Shown here piece by piece: positions 46,060-59,295 of a stretch of 60,000 nucleotides of DNA. Under the pieces are notes generated by a model. It was not told the DNA's origin. It saw only the letters and a program-made list of their open reading frames with translations, and searched no databases. The first letter of the stretch is position 1, and every line of letters begins with the position of its first letter. The position numbers and the translations under genes are program-made. This DNA comes from Camelus ferus (lineage: Eukaryota), in the NCBI RefSeq assembly GCF_009834535.1, contig NC_045697.1:3226001-3286000 (forward strand). The letters are read 5' to 3'.

Positions 46060-46183
46060 CCAGCACGCGGACCACCTTGGAGTCCTGCAGCACCGAGGTC
46101 CCGCAGGCGGCCTGCACCGTCACACGCACGTCCCCTGTGTCCCCAAACCGTGTCGTCACAGAGTTCTCCAGGGAAAGCAAGGG
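46060..46183 (-). CDS. SORCS2: SORCS2 exon (PLLSLENSVTTRFGDTGDVRVTVQAACGTSVLQDSKVVRVL)
   Basis: cag acceptor, G|gtgagt donor, 124 nt. Confidence 0.95.
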
Positions 46184-47266
46184 CTGCGGGCACAAGCAGG
46201 GATCAGGGCCAGGCTGAACAGTGGGCCCCGCAGTCAGTCTGCTGCCCAGGGCCGCACTGAGGACACGCACTCCCCCGACTCTCATCAGGACGTGGGCACC
46301 TGGGGGCATGGGGAGGGCCTGGTTCTAGGCTCCCAGCACGAACAGGAGTCTCCCAGTCGCCCCTCCCCTCCAGAGGCCCCAAGACCCCCCCTATAGCCAG
46401 TGTCGGGGGCCCATGTGGCTGCGGGCTGGGCGCCCTCCCCATCCCTTTCATCGTCCCGCCCCCTCACTCAGCTGGGCGTGGCCCCTTCTTCCTCGGACCC
46501 CAGAGCCAGGGGGCACACACATCAGGACTGGGTGTCAATACCAGCTCAGACCTTGCAGACGGGAGACTGAGGCTCTGGGAGGTGCGGTGACCGGCCCCAG
46601 GAGCTCAGCTGGAAGTGGCCCAGCTGCGACTGGGACCAGGGCCGGAGCCCCTCCCTCAGCCCTCCTCTTTCTAGGGAAACACAGCCCCTCCCGTCTGGGC
46701 TCTCTGCCGCTGTTTGGGGACTTTCTGACTGGAGGTGCAGAGCAGCAGTGCAGAATGAAGGAAGGATGCCCCCTTGGGGTCTCAAGGCCCCTCCCACCAG
46801 GCTTCTGTCCTCAGCTCCCCACTGCTTACAAGACACAACCCACAGCCCTGGGTGAGGCTTCTGAAGTTGGGCCCAGCCCTAGTGACCCCCTCCTCCATGA
46901 CGCCTTCCCTGACCACCCCCACGCTCAAACCTGAAATGGCCTATCTCCCCTGGAGCTCTCAGATGGGTCACCTGCCCCCTTCCTGTGACCCTTGCCACAC
47001 CCTAATTCGGTCACCTACTCTGTTCACATGTCTTTCCCAGGAAAAGGCAGGTCTGATCCTATACCTCCTGCGTCCACCACACTCGGACACAGCCGGACCC
47101 CACACAGCTGCTCAAGGGGGAGGAAGGGTTAGGGTGCGCCTGCCTCAGCTCCACGATGTCACCCACTGTGTCCTGCCCAACATGGAGGGCAGTGCCTGTC
47201 CCACTATCTGCCCCAAGTGGGAGCCTGCAGGAAGGAGGGACGGCCAGGGGCCCGGGGTCAGCATAC

Positions 47267-47400
47267 CTGCAGGCTGTGACCGATCCACCAGTAGAAGACG
47301 GTGAGGTTGGGGTTCAGGGGCAGCAGCACAGCTGTGAGGTTCACCTCCTGGTTCACGCCAATGACAGGAACCACTTCAAGGTAGAGGGCCTGCAGGGGGG
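47267..47400 (-). CDS. SORCS2: SORCS2 second PKD exon (PLQALYLEVVPVIGVNQEVNLTAVLLPLNPNLTVFYWWIGHSLQ)
   Basis: 134 nt, phase 1 in, CAG|gtatgc donor; matches the recalled SORCS2 sequence. Confidence 0.95.
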
Positions 47401-47497
47401 CTGCAGGGGCCAGGAAAAGGTTAGGGGTAGGGGGGATCGGGGCACTGGCCATCACAGGCTGCTTATTGTCACTGTCACCACCAACCTCACTATGTTC

Positions 47498-48015
47498 ATC
47501 ACCGTCATCACGACCACCATCACCACCATCCACCATCCATCCATCACCACCATCACCACCACCATCACCATTATAATCACCATTACCACCATCGTACCAC
47601 CACCATCACCATTATAATCACCATCACCATCATCAGTAACCACCATCACCATTATAATCACCATCACCATCATCATAACCACCATCACCATTATAATCAC
47701 CATCACATCACCACCACCATCACCATTATAATCGCCATCACCACCATCGTAACCACCATCACCATTATAATCACCATCACCACCATCATAACCACCATCA
47801 CCATCATAACCACCATCACCACCATCATAACCACCATCACCATTATAATCACCATCACCATCACCATCACCACCACCACCACCACCATCACCATTATAAT
47901 CACCATCACCACCACCATCACCATTATAATCACCATCACCACCACCACCACCATCATCAGTGGGGACAATAAGCAGCACCACCATCACTATCACTACAAC
48001 CATGACCACCACCAC
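47498..48015. repeat. (CAC/CAT)n compound trinucleotide array with a recurrent CATTATAATC unit
   Basis: About 500 bp of ACC/ATC triplets; 9 copies of CATTATAAT counted. Confidence 0.95.
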
Positions 48016-48165
48016 CCCCCCCCTTACTGCTGCGCAGACCACTGGGGGTGTGGACTCGAGCCCAGCCTGCCTGTCTCCCTGCCCCGGGCTCCCTGTGCTT
48101 CCCCAAGGACCCGGTCTCTCTTTCACAGGGTGTGACGCTTGGCCTCAAAGGGGCGATGGACTTAC

Positions 48166-48352
48166 GGTTGACCTGGACAAAGAGCACCGCCTCGTCGCGG
48201 CCTGCCATGTTCTCGGCCCTGACAGAGACGCGGTAGACGCCAGGACTCTCGTAGCGGTGCCGGATGGGCTCCCCAGTCAATGTGAGGTTCACGTACATGG
48301 CCTTGAAGCCGTCCCCGAGGTCCACCTGGTACTTGGTGGTCAGGACATCGCC
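48166..48352 (-). CDS. SORCS2: SORCS2 PKD-domain exon (GDVLTTKYQVDLGDGFKAMYVNLTLTGEPIRHRYESPGVYRVSVRAENMAGRDEAVLFVQVN)
   Basis: PKD signature DLGDG...HRY..PGVYRVSV.AEN; C|gtaagt donor. Confidence 0.95.
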
Positions 48353-49269
48353 CTGCAGGAAACACCGTGGGGCCACTGAGGAGTGGGTCGCAAAGCTGAG
48401 GGGCCAGTGGTCTCGTTCACTCGTTCACTCCCTCACTCCTCTCCTCAGAACGAGTGGGCCTGGGACCCCCAGAGAACCGGGTCTGTTCTGCCCAGGGGGC
48501 TCCCAGCTGGGGTGTGCGGTGAAAGCTGAAGGAAGGCTAAGGTGGGGCCGGGGCCAGGTTTGCATTTCAGAAAGCTGACCCAGCTGGGCGAGGGAGAGGG
48601 TCAGGGAGGCACTGCAGAGGTGGGCCCGGGGGCCCAGGGAGGCCCACTGGGGCCTGAGCCGGGAGCCAGGGGGGTGAGGAGGGACCTCGCACTTGCCGGA
48701 CGGTGTCAGGATCATGACTAGAAAGATCTGCATGTCTGAAGACTTCCAGTCTCCCAGGAAATTAAGGAAACATTGTTTTTCCCTCTCTGATGCTGTGGTT
48801 TCTGCGTTTTAATTTTATCTCACTCTCTGCAGTACCAGAGTGATGCTCGGATGTAGGGGGTCTGTGCAGGGAGGGGCTCCCCCTGACCGCTGCCTCTTCC
48901 CTGCGTTTCACCGTCCACACAAGCCATCTAATCACCCTGTACACCTCCCCGCCACCAGCATCCTCCTCCCAGTAACCGTGTTCTCCTCACAGAGTTGGGG
49001 AAAGGAAACTGAGTGAGGGAAACAATAACTTTTTCAGCTTCGTGGCAAGAAGTTCTCATATTCAGTCTCATCTCTGCCCCATCACCCCTCCCTGACACCC
49101 CAACCCGATGGGGACACCCTGAAAACCATTTCCTAGTGATCAAGAACGAAAAACAGCTTCACTACTGTTTAGCAACCCTCTTATTTGACACCTGCCAAAA
49201 CTTACAACTTGATATAAAAGAATACTTTTATATAAATTATGTTCATTTGACGTTCTTTACAAATATGGG

Positions 49270-49671
49270 GTCATAGGTTGAATAGTGTCCATCCCCTCCC
49301 ACAACTCATGTCCACTTGAAGCCTCAGAATGCACCTTACTTGGAAACAGGTCTTTGCAGATGTAATGCATTAAGATGAGGTCATACCAGATTGGACAGGA
49401 CCCAAATCCAGTGATTAGGGTCTTTATAAGATAAAGGAGGGGATTTGAGGCACTGAGGAGAAGCCACGTGAAATGGAGGCAGAGACTGGAGGTACCCCAG
49501 GGCCCCCAGAAGCTGCAGAGACAGAAAGGGTCCTCCCTTGGAGCCTCCGGAGGGACCCTGGCCCTGCCGACCATTTGATTTTGGATTTCTAGCTTCCAGA
49601 ACTCTGAGAGAAGAAATGTGTGTTGTTTCAAGCCACCCAGTTTTGTGCCACCATTGTAGCAGCCACTTACA
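49270..49671 (+). mobile_element. MLT1 (MaLR) solo LTR
   Basis: ggttgaatagtgtcc...cctcagaatg..cttacttggaaacaggtctttgcagatgtaat..ttaagatgaggtcatac...ttccagaactctgagag...gttgtttcaagccacccagtttt. Confidence 0.85.
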
Positions 49672-50229
49672 CGTATAAATTCTATTATCCCCATTCTATA
49701 GGTTGGAAGACTGAGGCTCCGAGTCCAGAACCCACAGGCTGGCCCACGCTCTGGTGCTCTCTCCATTTAAGGCAGCCTCATGGGTGGCAGTGAGGGGTCT
49801 CAAGTCCCACTTGCTCTGGGAGGGAGGGGTTTTCTGTGCTGCATCCTGGGAGCCTGAGTGGGACCTGCAGCTTGGACGGGCAGGTGCCACACCCACCTGG
49901 GGTCCCTGCTTCCTGCCTGAGAGTGGCTAAGGTCGGCGCACTTTTACCTGTCGAGACACTTCCTTGGTTAAGGCACCTCACCATAACCAGGAAAGTAGCA
50001 GTGTCAACGCAGGGAAAGGAGAAAACACAGATGGCAAACAGAAGGAGCCAGAACAGAGACACTGCAAAGTCACCTAGCACCCGCCACCCTCACGCGGGGC
50101 CTCCATGCAGGGCGTGTGTGTGTGTATTTACCACCAAGCACTTCAGAAACACGCAAATGTCCCGCACGCAGCCAAACGCCAGTTCACACGTAGGTGTAGG
50201 GGATAACACCGAGAGACCATGTCCCTGGG

Positions 50230-51440
50230 ACCCACTTGCCCGTGCTAACATCTCGTCAGCTTCAGTATCACAACTTGGAACCCACACAGTTACACTTGAG
50301 ATAAGGAACGGCTGAGTCATCGATGGGGTCCCTGCTTCGCATCCCAACTCCATGGCAGCCACTAACCTGTTTTCCATTTCTGTCATTTTGTCATTTCCAG
50401 AATGTTGTATAAGTGGAATCGGACCGTATGGAATCGCTGGGGGGAGCTTCTCCACGCAGTACAGCTCTCCGGACTCACCCAGGCTGGCTGCGGGTGTGTC
50501 AATAGTCTGTTCCTTTTCATTTCCGGGCAGCACCCGTGGGATAGACGTACCATCGCGTGCTCACCCACTTGCCCACTGGGCACAGCTGGGTTGTCCCCGG
50601 TTTGGGGCTATTACACATGAAGCTGCTGTGAACCAAAGTCTTTGCTTCTCTGGGATAGACGCCCGGGTGTGTAACTGCTGAATCCTATGGAAGTCGCATG
50701 TTTAGTCTTTAAGGGAACCACTGGCTCTCCAGAGTGGCTGTACCGATTTACATTCTCATCAGCGACGTTCGAGGGAGGCAGTTTCTCTGCATCCTCACCA
50801 GCATGTGGTGGTGTCACTTTTTTACTTCAGCCACTCCTGCAGGTGTGTAGTGATGCCTCCTTGAGGGTCTGATCTGCATCTCCCTGGTGGCCAGTGATGC
50901 TGGACACGGCCTCATGTGTCCACACGCCACCTGTACCTCCTCTTCCGTGAACCATCTCTCCGCGTCTCTTGCCCATTTCCTAGTTGGATTACTTGCCTTC
51001 TTGCTGTTGAGTTCCGAGAGTTCTTTATACATTCCGGGTACTAGTCCTTGTTGGATGTGCAGTTTGTAAATATTTTCTCTGTTGCTGTCTTTTCATCTTA
51101 ACAGGCTCTATCACAGAGCAGAAGTGTCACATTTTGACAAAGTCCAATTTATCAAATTTCCTTCCTGGATGATGCTTTGGGTGTCAAGTCTAAGAACGCT
51201 CTGCCTGGAGTCCTAGAGCCCAGATACCTTCTCCGATCTTTTTTTCTAGAAGGTTTCTAGTTTTCCGTTTAAGTCTGTGGTCACTTTGAGCTGCTTCTGT
51301 ATCAGGTGTGAGGTTCCGGCCGAGGTTCCTTTTCACTGGATGCTCATCTGCTGACGCCCAGCCTCCCTCTGCGGAGATGCTGTTGCTCCCGTGCCAAAGT
51401 CAGCTGGGCGCGCTTGTGCGGGTGTTTCTGCCTTCCCTAT
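50230..51440 (-). mobile_element. L1M (L1MB/L1MC-like) LINE fragment
   Basis: ggcagccactaacctgttttccatttctg...agagtggctgtaccgatttacattc...ttgagttccgagagttctttatac...aagtccaatttatcaa. Confidence 0.8.
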
Positions 51441-51522
51441 CCGGTCTTAGTTTCAGTTCTTAGATATTTACAGACCTTGGGCCCCCCTATATCCCATACT
51501 GTTTCCATACCTGGGTTGGCCT

Positions 51523-51523
51523 C

Positions 51524-51559
<36 letters not shown>

Positions 51560-51648
51560 CACGCGTGTGCTGGTATATGGACATGTCTGTGGTTGTGTGT
51601 GTGAACACGTGTGTGTAAGTGCCGTGTGTGTGAGAACATGCGTGTGCA

Positions 51649-51690
<42 letters not shown>
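51523..51690. repeat. (TG)n microsatellite region
   Basis: Read directly; a long pure TG run at 51651-51690. Confidence 0.95.
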
Positions 51691-51692
<2 letters not shown>

Positions 51693-53526
51693 CCGCCCCA
51701 ACCCCACACCCACACTCCTTCCCCACGGCTCCAACGAGCGAGCCAGTGGTCTTTTTTGGACTGTGGTGTGCGTGGGAGACCTCTTTCTTCCAAGAACATC
51801 TTTCTGTCACATCTCTCTGTGATGCTGCGGGCGAGGGTCCCAGCCCACTGGGGAGGGAGGGAGGCTGACAGGCAAATCCAGACTTGGCTCCGGTTGGAAG
51901 AGTCAAGAACCGCGGGTGTGACTGTGCGGCCGGGATTCCAGCCTCTAGGGGGCAGCATGCGGCTGCTTTCCCTGCACGTCTGTCCCGGGGCTCCAGGCGG
52001 CAGATGGGTCCACTCGGAGGCTGCGTGTAGTCCCAGGCCGGGCAGGAGGCTTCGTACTCCTCTGCTGCGAATGGAGCCCCACCTCCAGCACCCCAGGGCT
52101 GCCTGAGGCACGAAGCATGACTCAGGGCCAGGCCCCATCAACACGTGGATGGGGACAGGAGGGACTGCGAGCTGCCCCAGGACCGGCTCAGGTCTGGGGG
52201 CCGTGGGCCGGGCGCTGTCCCCACGGGGTCCCCAGGCCGCGACCCTACACCAGCTCCATCACTGGTTACCGTGCGGCCTCAGGTGAGCGGCTGCACCTGT
52301 CTGAGCCTCGGTGTCCCCAGCTACGAACGAAGCCGGTTGACTCTGAGGGGGAGGGAAGGGAGCTCGGACCCGTGGGCGCCCACGCGTACAGCTCTGGGCT
52401 CGCACACAGCCAGGGTCTCCTGTCTTCCAACGCCGAAGACCTGGGTCGGCATCACCCTGCCCCACCTGCGCACACTTTGAAGGGCACCTAGTGAGCACAC
52501 GCGGTGATAAAGCCCCGCGCACCTCACCCGGCATATTCGTCAACCAAAGACCCGAATGTCCAATCGAGCCGCGCGCCCCGGAGGAGCTGGGGTCCTGGGG
52601 GAAGCCGGGGGCTCTGACTTCTCCCTTGTGCTCTTCTGTAGCTCTGAAGTTCCTGCGTGTTTGTAAGCTTTTCTAATTTGTTTTTGAATGTTCTGCTGTA
52701 AGCATTTGTCACCTCCATAATCAGAAAAACAAGCACGCTGCATATCAATTTAAGTAAACTGAGAGGAGATTTAGAAAATAACCATCGTTAATTTGGGAGC
52801 ACAGGATTTTTGGTGATATTTATATTCTCATGTTTTTAATGTGTCTTTCCAATGAGTATATACCGTTCTTAAAATTGGAAGAAAATGTAGCACCTGTACT
52901 AAAGGAAAAAAAGACTAAGAGACTGGGAGAAAATTCACGTGCGTGCGTGCGTGTGTGTGTACTACATGCAGTGTATCTCTACATCATCCATTTATATTCA
53001 TAGACATATATTTATAGACAGATATATTTAGATCTATGTCCACAGTGTATCTGCTTATCAGTCAATCATCTGTTTATTTATCATCAGAATTTACCTTTGG
53101 CTGTGGGATGACAAGGAATAGTTTTTTTTCATTTCTTGCTTTTCTTAAGACTGTCAATTAACTAAACCAGCATAAGTAGAGGTTTAAAACACTGTATTGC
53201 CGCCCACAGGAACGGATACATCTGACATCACCGTCCAGCTAACACACCACCCCCCACACAGAGACGTGTGAAGCCGGGTCCCTCGGCCTGAGCTGGCTGC
53301 CCGCTGTTAGGCTCCTGTGTTCCTGTGTCATTGTTTCAGTGCTGGTCTGGTCCCAGGAAGGGATTTCCGGCCCACTGGCCCATCCCGCAGTTTGCAAACC
53401 CAGGTCCACGCTGCGCGGCACGAACGGCGCGGGGGCGGTGAGAACACTGCACAGTCCTGTTCGCCCAGACGAAGTGGCCTCGCAGGGACGGCACCAGGGC
53501 ACCAGCCGCCCGGAGGGACCCCTCAC

Positions 53527-53698
53527 CTGCTCCTGCCGCACCACGAATAGGACGTCCTCTCCCGGTCGCACGGCCACCGCCTCTCCACGGATGCTGACCT
53601 GCAGGCCCCGGGGCGGCAGGAGCGGGCACTGCAGCTGCGCCGGGCTCTGGCGTGGGTCCACGCCGCCCTCGCACACGTTGGACACCACCTTCCGGTAC
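53527..53698 (-). CDS. SORCS2: SORCS2 exon (YRKVVSNVCEGGVDPRQSPAQLQCPLLPPRGLQVSIRGEAVAVRPGEDVLFVVRQEQ)
   Basis: GYRKVVSNVCEGG Vps10p-family motif; cag acceptor, CAG|gtgagg donor. Confidence 0.95.
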
Positions 53699-54907
53699 CT
53701 GCGGTCAGACAGCGGGTCAGGGTCGCACGCACAGGAGGGGGGTGGGCTGGCCCGGCCGGACCTGCTTGTCACCGTGCATATGTGCGGTGGCTCCGGGCTT
53801 GCGACCTCCCTCTGCCAACTCCTGCCCTCCTCCCACCTCCACCTGATTGTTCTTTCGGCCCCATTTCAGAGATGAGAAAACGGAGGCTCAGCGGAGGCAA
53901 TGACAGTGAATGGAGGACGTTTCTTTGGTCTGATCGTGTTACTACCAATGACAACAGCTGTTGCTGCTGAGGGGAGGGCTGGGGAGCCGCTCTGAGTTCC
54001 GTGGCCTTGCTGGGGACTGTGGTCCGGGGAGGACAGAGTACCTGAGGCAGGTGGGCGGGGCTCAACCTGGGCCCCACAGCTGATGCGCTAAGTGGCTGTG
54101 GGCCACACGACCCCCTTCAGGCTCCTCTCCCTGTTACATGGAGGGAGTGGGGCCAGATGATGCTGAGTCACCAACTCACTCATGCAGCAAGTTTACTGAG
54201 TGCCTACTCTGTGCTGGGTGCTGGGGTCCGGGGTGATCGCTCACAGCCCCTCCCCTTGCAGAGCAGACTGCCTAGTAGGGGAGGCAGACCTCACCAAACC
54301 ATCTCCCCTATCAAGTGCCGGGAAGGAGCAGCACCTGGGAACCTGGGCCCGGAGAAAGGGGCTTTCAGCTGAGATCAGAAGGGTGTGCAGGAGAGGGGAG
54401 AGTGTCCTGGGCAGCGGAACCAGTGTGTGAAAAGGCCCTGTGGTGGGTGGCCGAAATCCAGAGTGGGGACAGGTGTAGGCTGAGGGTGGGGAGGGGTTGG
54501 TGGGCACAGTTCGCTGGGGTCTAGTAAACTTTTAGGAGACAACGGGAAAATCACTGCTGGGGGGTTCATCATCCGACCTGCCATTTGTGATGCTCCCTCC
54601 GGCTACACCGGGATTCTGGGGCTGTAAACCTAACATCACTGCCAAAGGGCCTCCATCTGCCCACCTCCCTGTGCCTGAACTTCAGAAGTTTATCAGGCAA
54701 AACCACATTTGATTATTTTGGAAGAAAATATGCTCCCTAAGAGCTACCCGCTCACAGCCCCTTGGTGCCAGAGTCTGCAGGTGGCATGAAGCAGATTCAC
54801 TTGCCCTCGACATGGGGCCTGGCTCTGACCCTGCAGACGAGTCCCTGCTGGCCAAGCCCTGGCAGGTGCGCTGGGGCAGCCGCTGTGTCTCCCTGATGGA
54901 GGAGGGC

Positions 54908-55122
54908 TGGATGAGTGACAGATGGATGACGGATGAGTGGTTGGAGGACAGAAGGATGGGTGGATGATGGATGAATGGATGAGTCAGTGAAAGAATAAAT
55001 TGATGGATGATGGATGGATGGGTGGATGGATGAATGGATGACGGGTGGATGGATGAATGGATGACGGATGGATGGGGGAGTAAATGGATAAATGATTCGA
55101 TGGATGGATGGATGGATGGATG
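54908..55122. repeat. (GGAT)n-like tetranucleotide repeat
   Basis: Read directly. Confidence 0.9.
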
Positions 55123-55982
55123 ACGGAATTTATGACACTGTGGTCCAAGCCTGCAAATTCTCGTCCTGCTTCTTGGTGCCGTGGGCTTGGCCCCGCCCCA
55201 CCCCAGGGGCAGTCATGGGGATTTTCTAATGATCCCACAGGCATTTCACTCCTTATGTCTTCCTCAGAGGGAAGCAGGGTCCTTTGGAGAGCATCCTTGG
55301 GGCCTCCTGGAGCTGCAGGTTCACAGCTGTACGTACCTAACATTTTTATAGAACATTAATCCTTTATACACAATGTGCTCAGCCTCTGGTGGAGGAAAAG
55401 CATCCTACGTGCTCACACTTGCGGAAGGATCTACCATTATGCACGGCATGTGTTCGTCACACCACATACTGTGTGTCATGGAGCTTACAGTCCAGCTTAC
55501 AGTCCTGGCAAGTGTGACAATAACTGGGATGTGGACTCCTATAGAGTAAGCTCGGGGTCCAGGGTGGGTCAAGGAAGGCTTCCTGGAGGAAGCGCCATTC
55601 GAGCTGAGGCCTAAAGGGATTGTGAGCATCTCTGGCCCAGCTCAGGCCTGGCCACTCGGTGTTGGTCAATGGGGAAGGGTCCTGGCGCCACAGGGGCTCT
55701 GAAGGACTGGGGGAGGGGTGTCAATGCTCTGGGAGGGCTCAGTCCCTGCAGCAGGTGTGAGCTACCCCTGGACCTTCTCTGCCCGTTGTTCTCTGTCCGG
55801 AGCCAGTTCAAGACTCCTCTTCTCCTTGATGCTGACTCTCATGGGCTCCGACTCGAGAACCCCCCCGGTCAGCGCCTGGGGCGACTCACTGACTTCTCTT
55901 TCCTGGTCTCTACGCAGGGAGCTGCAGGCACCAGGCAGCAATGGGTAGGGGGCACCGTGGTTCTGCCCCGTGCTGCACTCAC

Positions 55983-56108
55983 CCGAGGCTGCTCGTGTAG
56001 GTCTGGCCCAGGACACAGTCATCAGGCGGGGACACGGGGTTAAACCAGAAGTTGGCAAAGCACTTGTTGGCGTCGGACTCGAAGGAGGAGCGCTCAAATC
56101 CATAGTCA
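55983..56108 (-). CDS. SORCS2: SORCS2 10CC exon (C-DYGFERSSFESDANKCFANFWFNPVSPPDDCVLGQTYTSSL-G)
   Basis: Hand translation (not in the ORF track); CDYGFER motif; GG|gtgagt donor; phases 2-2 fit both neighbours. Confidence 0.95.
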
Positions 56109-56907
56109 CTGGGAGGAGGGAAAAACAGTGGTCAGGAGACAGCTGCTGGCGGGGATGGGAGCCAGCCTGGGGCAGGGGCCTCACACTGAGGGCCCACTAT
56201 GCACCCGACTGTGAGGACACAGAGGCAGACCCACAGGGCCCCATCCCAGGGGGGAGACAGGCCTGAAAGCTGACAGTTATGTTCCAGGTGAGAAGGGATG
56301 CAAAGAGCATTCTGGGAAATCACAGGAGAGCACTGAGCCCAGCCTGGGTGCCCTGGAAGGCTGCCTGGAGGAGGTGGGCTTAATCTCAAAGGAATATCAA
56401 GAGACAGTGAGGGGAAGAGGGGGAAGGGCACTGCAGGCGGGGACTGGTCCCTTCAGTGCTAGTGCAGGGAGACACAGGCAGAGGTGGCAGGAAGGTGAGG
56501 GGTAAGGACAGCTGGAGAGGCAGATGGGTGGACCAGAGACCCCAGGAGCCAGGTTCCAGAACCTGGACATTCTCCAGTGGGCAGCAGAGTTTTTGACTGG
56601 GGCAAGGGAGCTGTCGGGGGGTTTTCTGCAGAGTCCCTGGATGGAGGAGAAGGAGCTTGGTGGCACATCTGGCCACCGAGATGCCCTCTCTTGTCCTCAG
56701 GTCCCTCTCCTACCTGTGAGCAGACCACCTGTGCTGGTTTTAAAACTACGTCCAGGAGTTCTTTAATGTGGGCTGGACCCAGCGTCTCAGTTCTAACGCA
56801 CAGAATAAGGGGGGGTAATGGACACCCTCCCGCTGCCCGCTTCACCGCGGGGCAGCCGGACGCCCAGGCCAGCAGTCCGAGGGGCTGTGCTGGAGCGGGA
56901 CCCTCAC

Positions 56908-57041
56908 CAGAGGAAGTCGGAGGCCCGGCACTGGCACACGCGGGCCGTGAGCGCCGCCGTGAAGCTCCGCCCCTTGATGCACCAGGACGCGGGCTTTCTC
57001 CTCCGGAAGCTCCTCTGCTGGCCCATGATGCAGCGGTCGCC
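56908..57041 (-). CDS. SORCS2: SORCS2 10CC exon (GDRCIMGQQRSFRRRKPASWCIKGRSFTAALTARVCQCRASDFL)
   Basis: cag acceptor, TG|gtgagg donor, 134 nt; Vps10p 10CC cysteine pattern. Confidence 0.95.
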
Positions 57042-57787
57042 CTGCGCGGGAACATCCTGGTCACCGGCCGCCTGGAGGGTCCGCCCTGCGCCGGCTTGTG
57101 CTGCCCACCTGGCGGGTTCTGCAAGCCCCAGGCAGCCGTCGGGCAGGGAAACCGCGGCCCTGGGGTGGGGGTGGGGGGCGCGTGCGTTCACGGAGCCCCC
57201 GCTGGGTACAGGCTCCGTCTGGGCCCCGAGGGGTCTCAAGGTGGCTGGAAAAGAGGCCCGAGGGTGCCAGAGCCCCGAGCAGGAGCTGGGACGAGCCATG
57301 GCCCCCGGGCCTCACAGGACACACGGCAGGCCCTCAGACGACCAGAAGAGGCCACACCCATGTGAACAGGCGCTGAGGCAGTGATGGGGCGGGGTCCTCC
57401 CAGCACTGCCAGAGCCCCCACACTCTGAATCCTGACCTTGGGCAGCACAACCTGCTCTGAACCGCCCCGGGAGGCCATCCTGGTCCTGATTTATTCCTGA
57501 GCGTGGATGTTACACATTTTGCTGTAGAAACATTTGTGCCTGAGATTATGGGGAGAGGGCTGCCCCAGACCCACTGGGGTGTCACCTACTATATGATACA
57601 TATGCCCCTGTGACCCCGAGCAGAGCTGACACCAGGCTGGCTCAGGGCCTGTGTGCCTGCACCCGAGAGTGCCTGCAGACCCTGGCCAGGCAGGAAATCC
57701 CGCAGAAGGGCTAGACATCTGCCGGAGGCCCCGCGACCTTGCAGGCCGGGGCTCTGTCGGGCGGAGAGGGCCTGCGGCTGGGCCCAC

Positions 57788-57908
57788 CTGCAGGTTGCTG
57801 AGGTCCCAGGAGCCATAGTCGTCCTCGCCGCACTGCCTGGAGAACGAGGGCCGGAAGTCCACCTTGACCAGCTCCCAGTCGGAGCGGAAGCTGATGTGGC
57901 CGAAGACG
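57788..57908 (-). CDS. SORCS2: SORCS2 coding exon (VFGHISFRSDWELVKVDFRPSFSRQCGEDDYGSWDLSNLQ)
   Basis: AG/GT boundaries, 121 nt; matches the SORCS2 Vps10p propeller end and 10CC start. Confidence 0.95.
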
Positions 57909-58559
57909 CTGGGGAGGGGAGCGGAGGGAGGGCGGAGCCCACCTTAGTCTGGCCCGTCCCTGAGGTGCCACACTGCCCCTCCTGGCCTCGGTGCCCCCCC
58001 GCACAGCGGGCCCAGCGGCTCCTCGCCCGCCCTCGCTGGGCTGCCCTGGGACTGGACTCACGGCCCTGTGCTGGGCCTGGCCAGCCACAGGCATTTGGGC
58101 GTTGGCATTAAGTAGTCCCACGACGGTCACACGTTATGTGTGGCTTGTCAGTGGCACTGGTGTGGGTCATCCCACATGGCCCCCCGATGGACCAGGAAGC
58201 AGGTACAGTCGGGTCGCGAGCCCGGGCCCTCCCACAGCCCTCATGCCGCTCCTTGCAGAATTCTGTTCTGCAGAATGATTCATGGTCAGGTGTCTGCATC
58301 CCGTGCTACTTTTCTCCCAGCCTCTGTCAGCCCGACCCGCTGGGGGCCTGTGCTGCAGAAACCCAGCCCTGCAGAGCTGGGCCACAGGCTGTTTAACACC
58401 TAGCAGAGCCGGCACACCGAAGACAAGTAACGAGTCATCACACAGGCTCAGAGCAGCGGGATGGGAAGGATCTCAGTGTGGTGCCTGCCGTGTGGCCCCC
58501 GGCCCTGGTGGGTGGAGAAAGCAGGGGACAGGCCACCATGGGCGCCGGTGGTCTACAGA

Positions 58560-58660
58560 GCGCCCACTATGTGCCAGGAGCTCCGTGTATACACAGCCCA
58601 CTCTACAGAAAGGAAAACTGAGGCTTAGGGAGGTTGAGTAACTTGCTCAAGGTCACACAA
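58560..58660 (-). mobile_element. MIR SINE fragment
   Basis: acagaaaggaaaactgaggcttagggaggttgagtaacttgctcaaggtcacaca. Confidence 0.7.
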
Positions 58661-59157
58661 CTTGTTTGTGCCATTTCTTCTCCCTCAGCAGCCATTTGTG
58701 AAGTGCCTGCCATGTGCCCAGTCTCCCTCGTTCTCTGGGAAGGCTGCTGCTTAAGGGATTTCCACCTGACCCCCCACCACCTCACACCTGCACTCCACAT
58801 ACCACCACAGAAGAGGGGTCCAGCCTGCACTTCTCTGGTCCTTCTCCAGTCCAGCCTACAGCACTCAGGCCGTATTACTAGATGTCGAGCATGTGAATGG
58901 AGGCGGTGACGCACCCACTCTGGCCTTGGTCCCCTTCCAAGCACACTGACTGACAGGAGCTGGATACTGGGGGGAGGCCAGTTATGGGCTGAAAGGCTGG
59001 AAGCTCCATTCTAGAATAATAGTTGAGAAAGGTCTTGGACTGTTTTCTGGGCGACCTGATGGCTGGCCCTGAAGGTCTGAGGCTGATACTTGAAGAGAAG
59101 TTTTGCCTCCATAGGGCAGCTCTGAGCGCACAGGTCTCAGGTGATACGCCTTCACCA

Positions 59158-59295
59158 CGACTGTGACCTTGGGCAGGTCCTTTCCTCTCTGTACCTCAGT
59201 TTCCTTGGCTTTAAAATGAGGACAGTAACACTGGTCTTTCAGGATCGATGGTGGATTAGTAATGGTTTGTGTAGGATGCTTGGCACTTAGTAGGA
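59158..59295 (+). mobile_element. MIR SINE fragment
   Basis: ctgtgaccttgggcaggtcctttcctctctgtacctcagtttcctt..taaaatgagg. Confidence 0.7.

Noticed and set aside
47452..48126. 224-aa Gly/Asp/Val/Met-rich ORF
   Set aside because: Translation of the intronic (CAC/CAT)n repeat; no gene structure
51414..52144. 230/235-aa ORFs with CVCV/HTHT runs
   Set aside because: Products of the (TG)n microsatellite and GC-rich intron
56577..57365. 262-aa + strand ORF
   Set aside because: Antisense to a SORCS2 exon in GC-rich DNA, with no homology recognised
36747..57908. SORCS2 as a pseudogene
   Set aside because: Twelve other exons have intact frames and splice sites; a single +1 anomaly is better explained by error, a recent allele or compensated splicing
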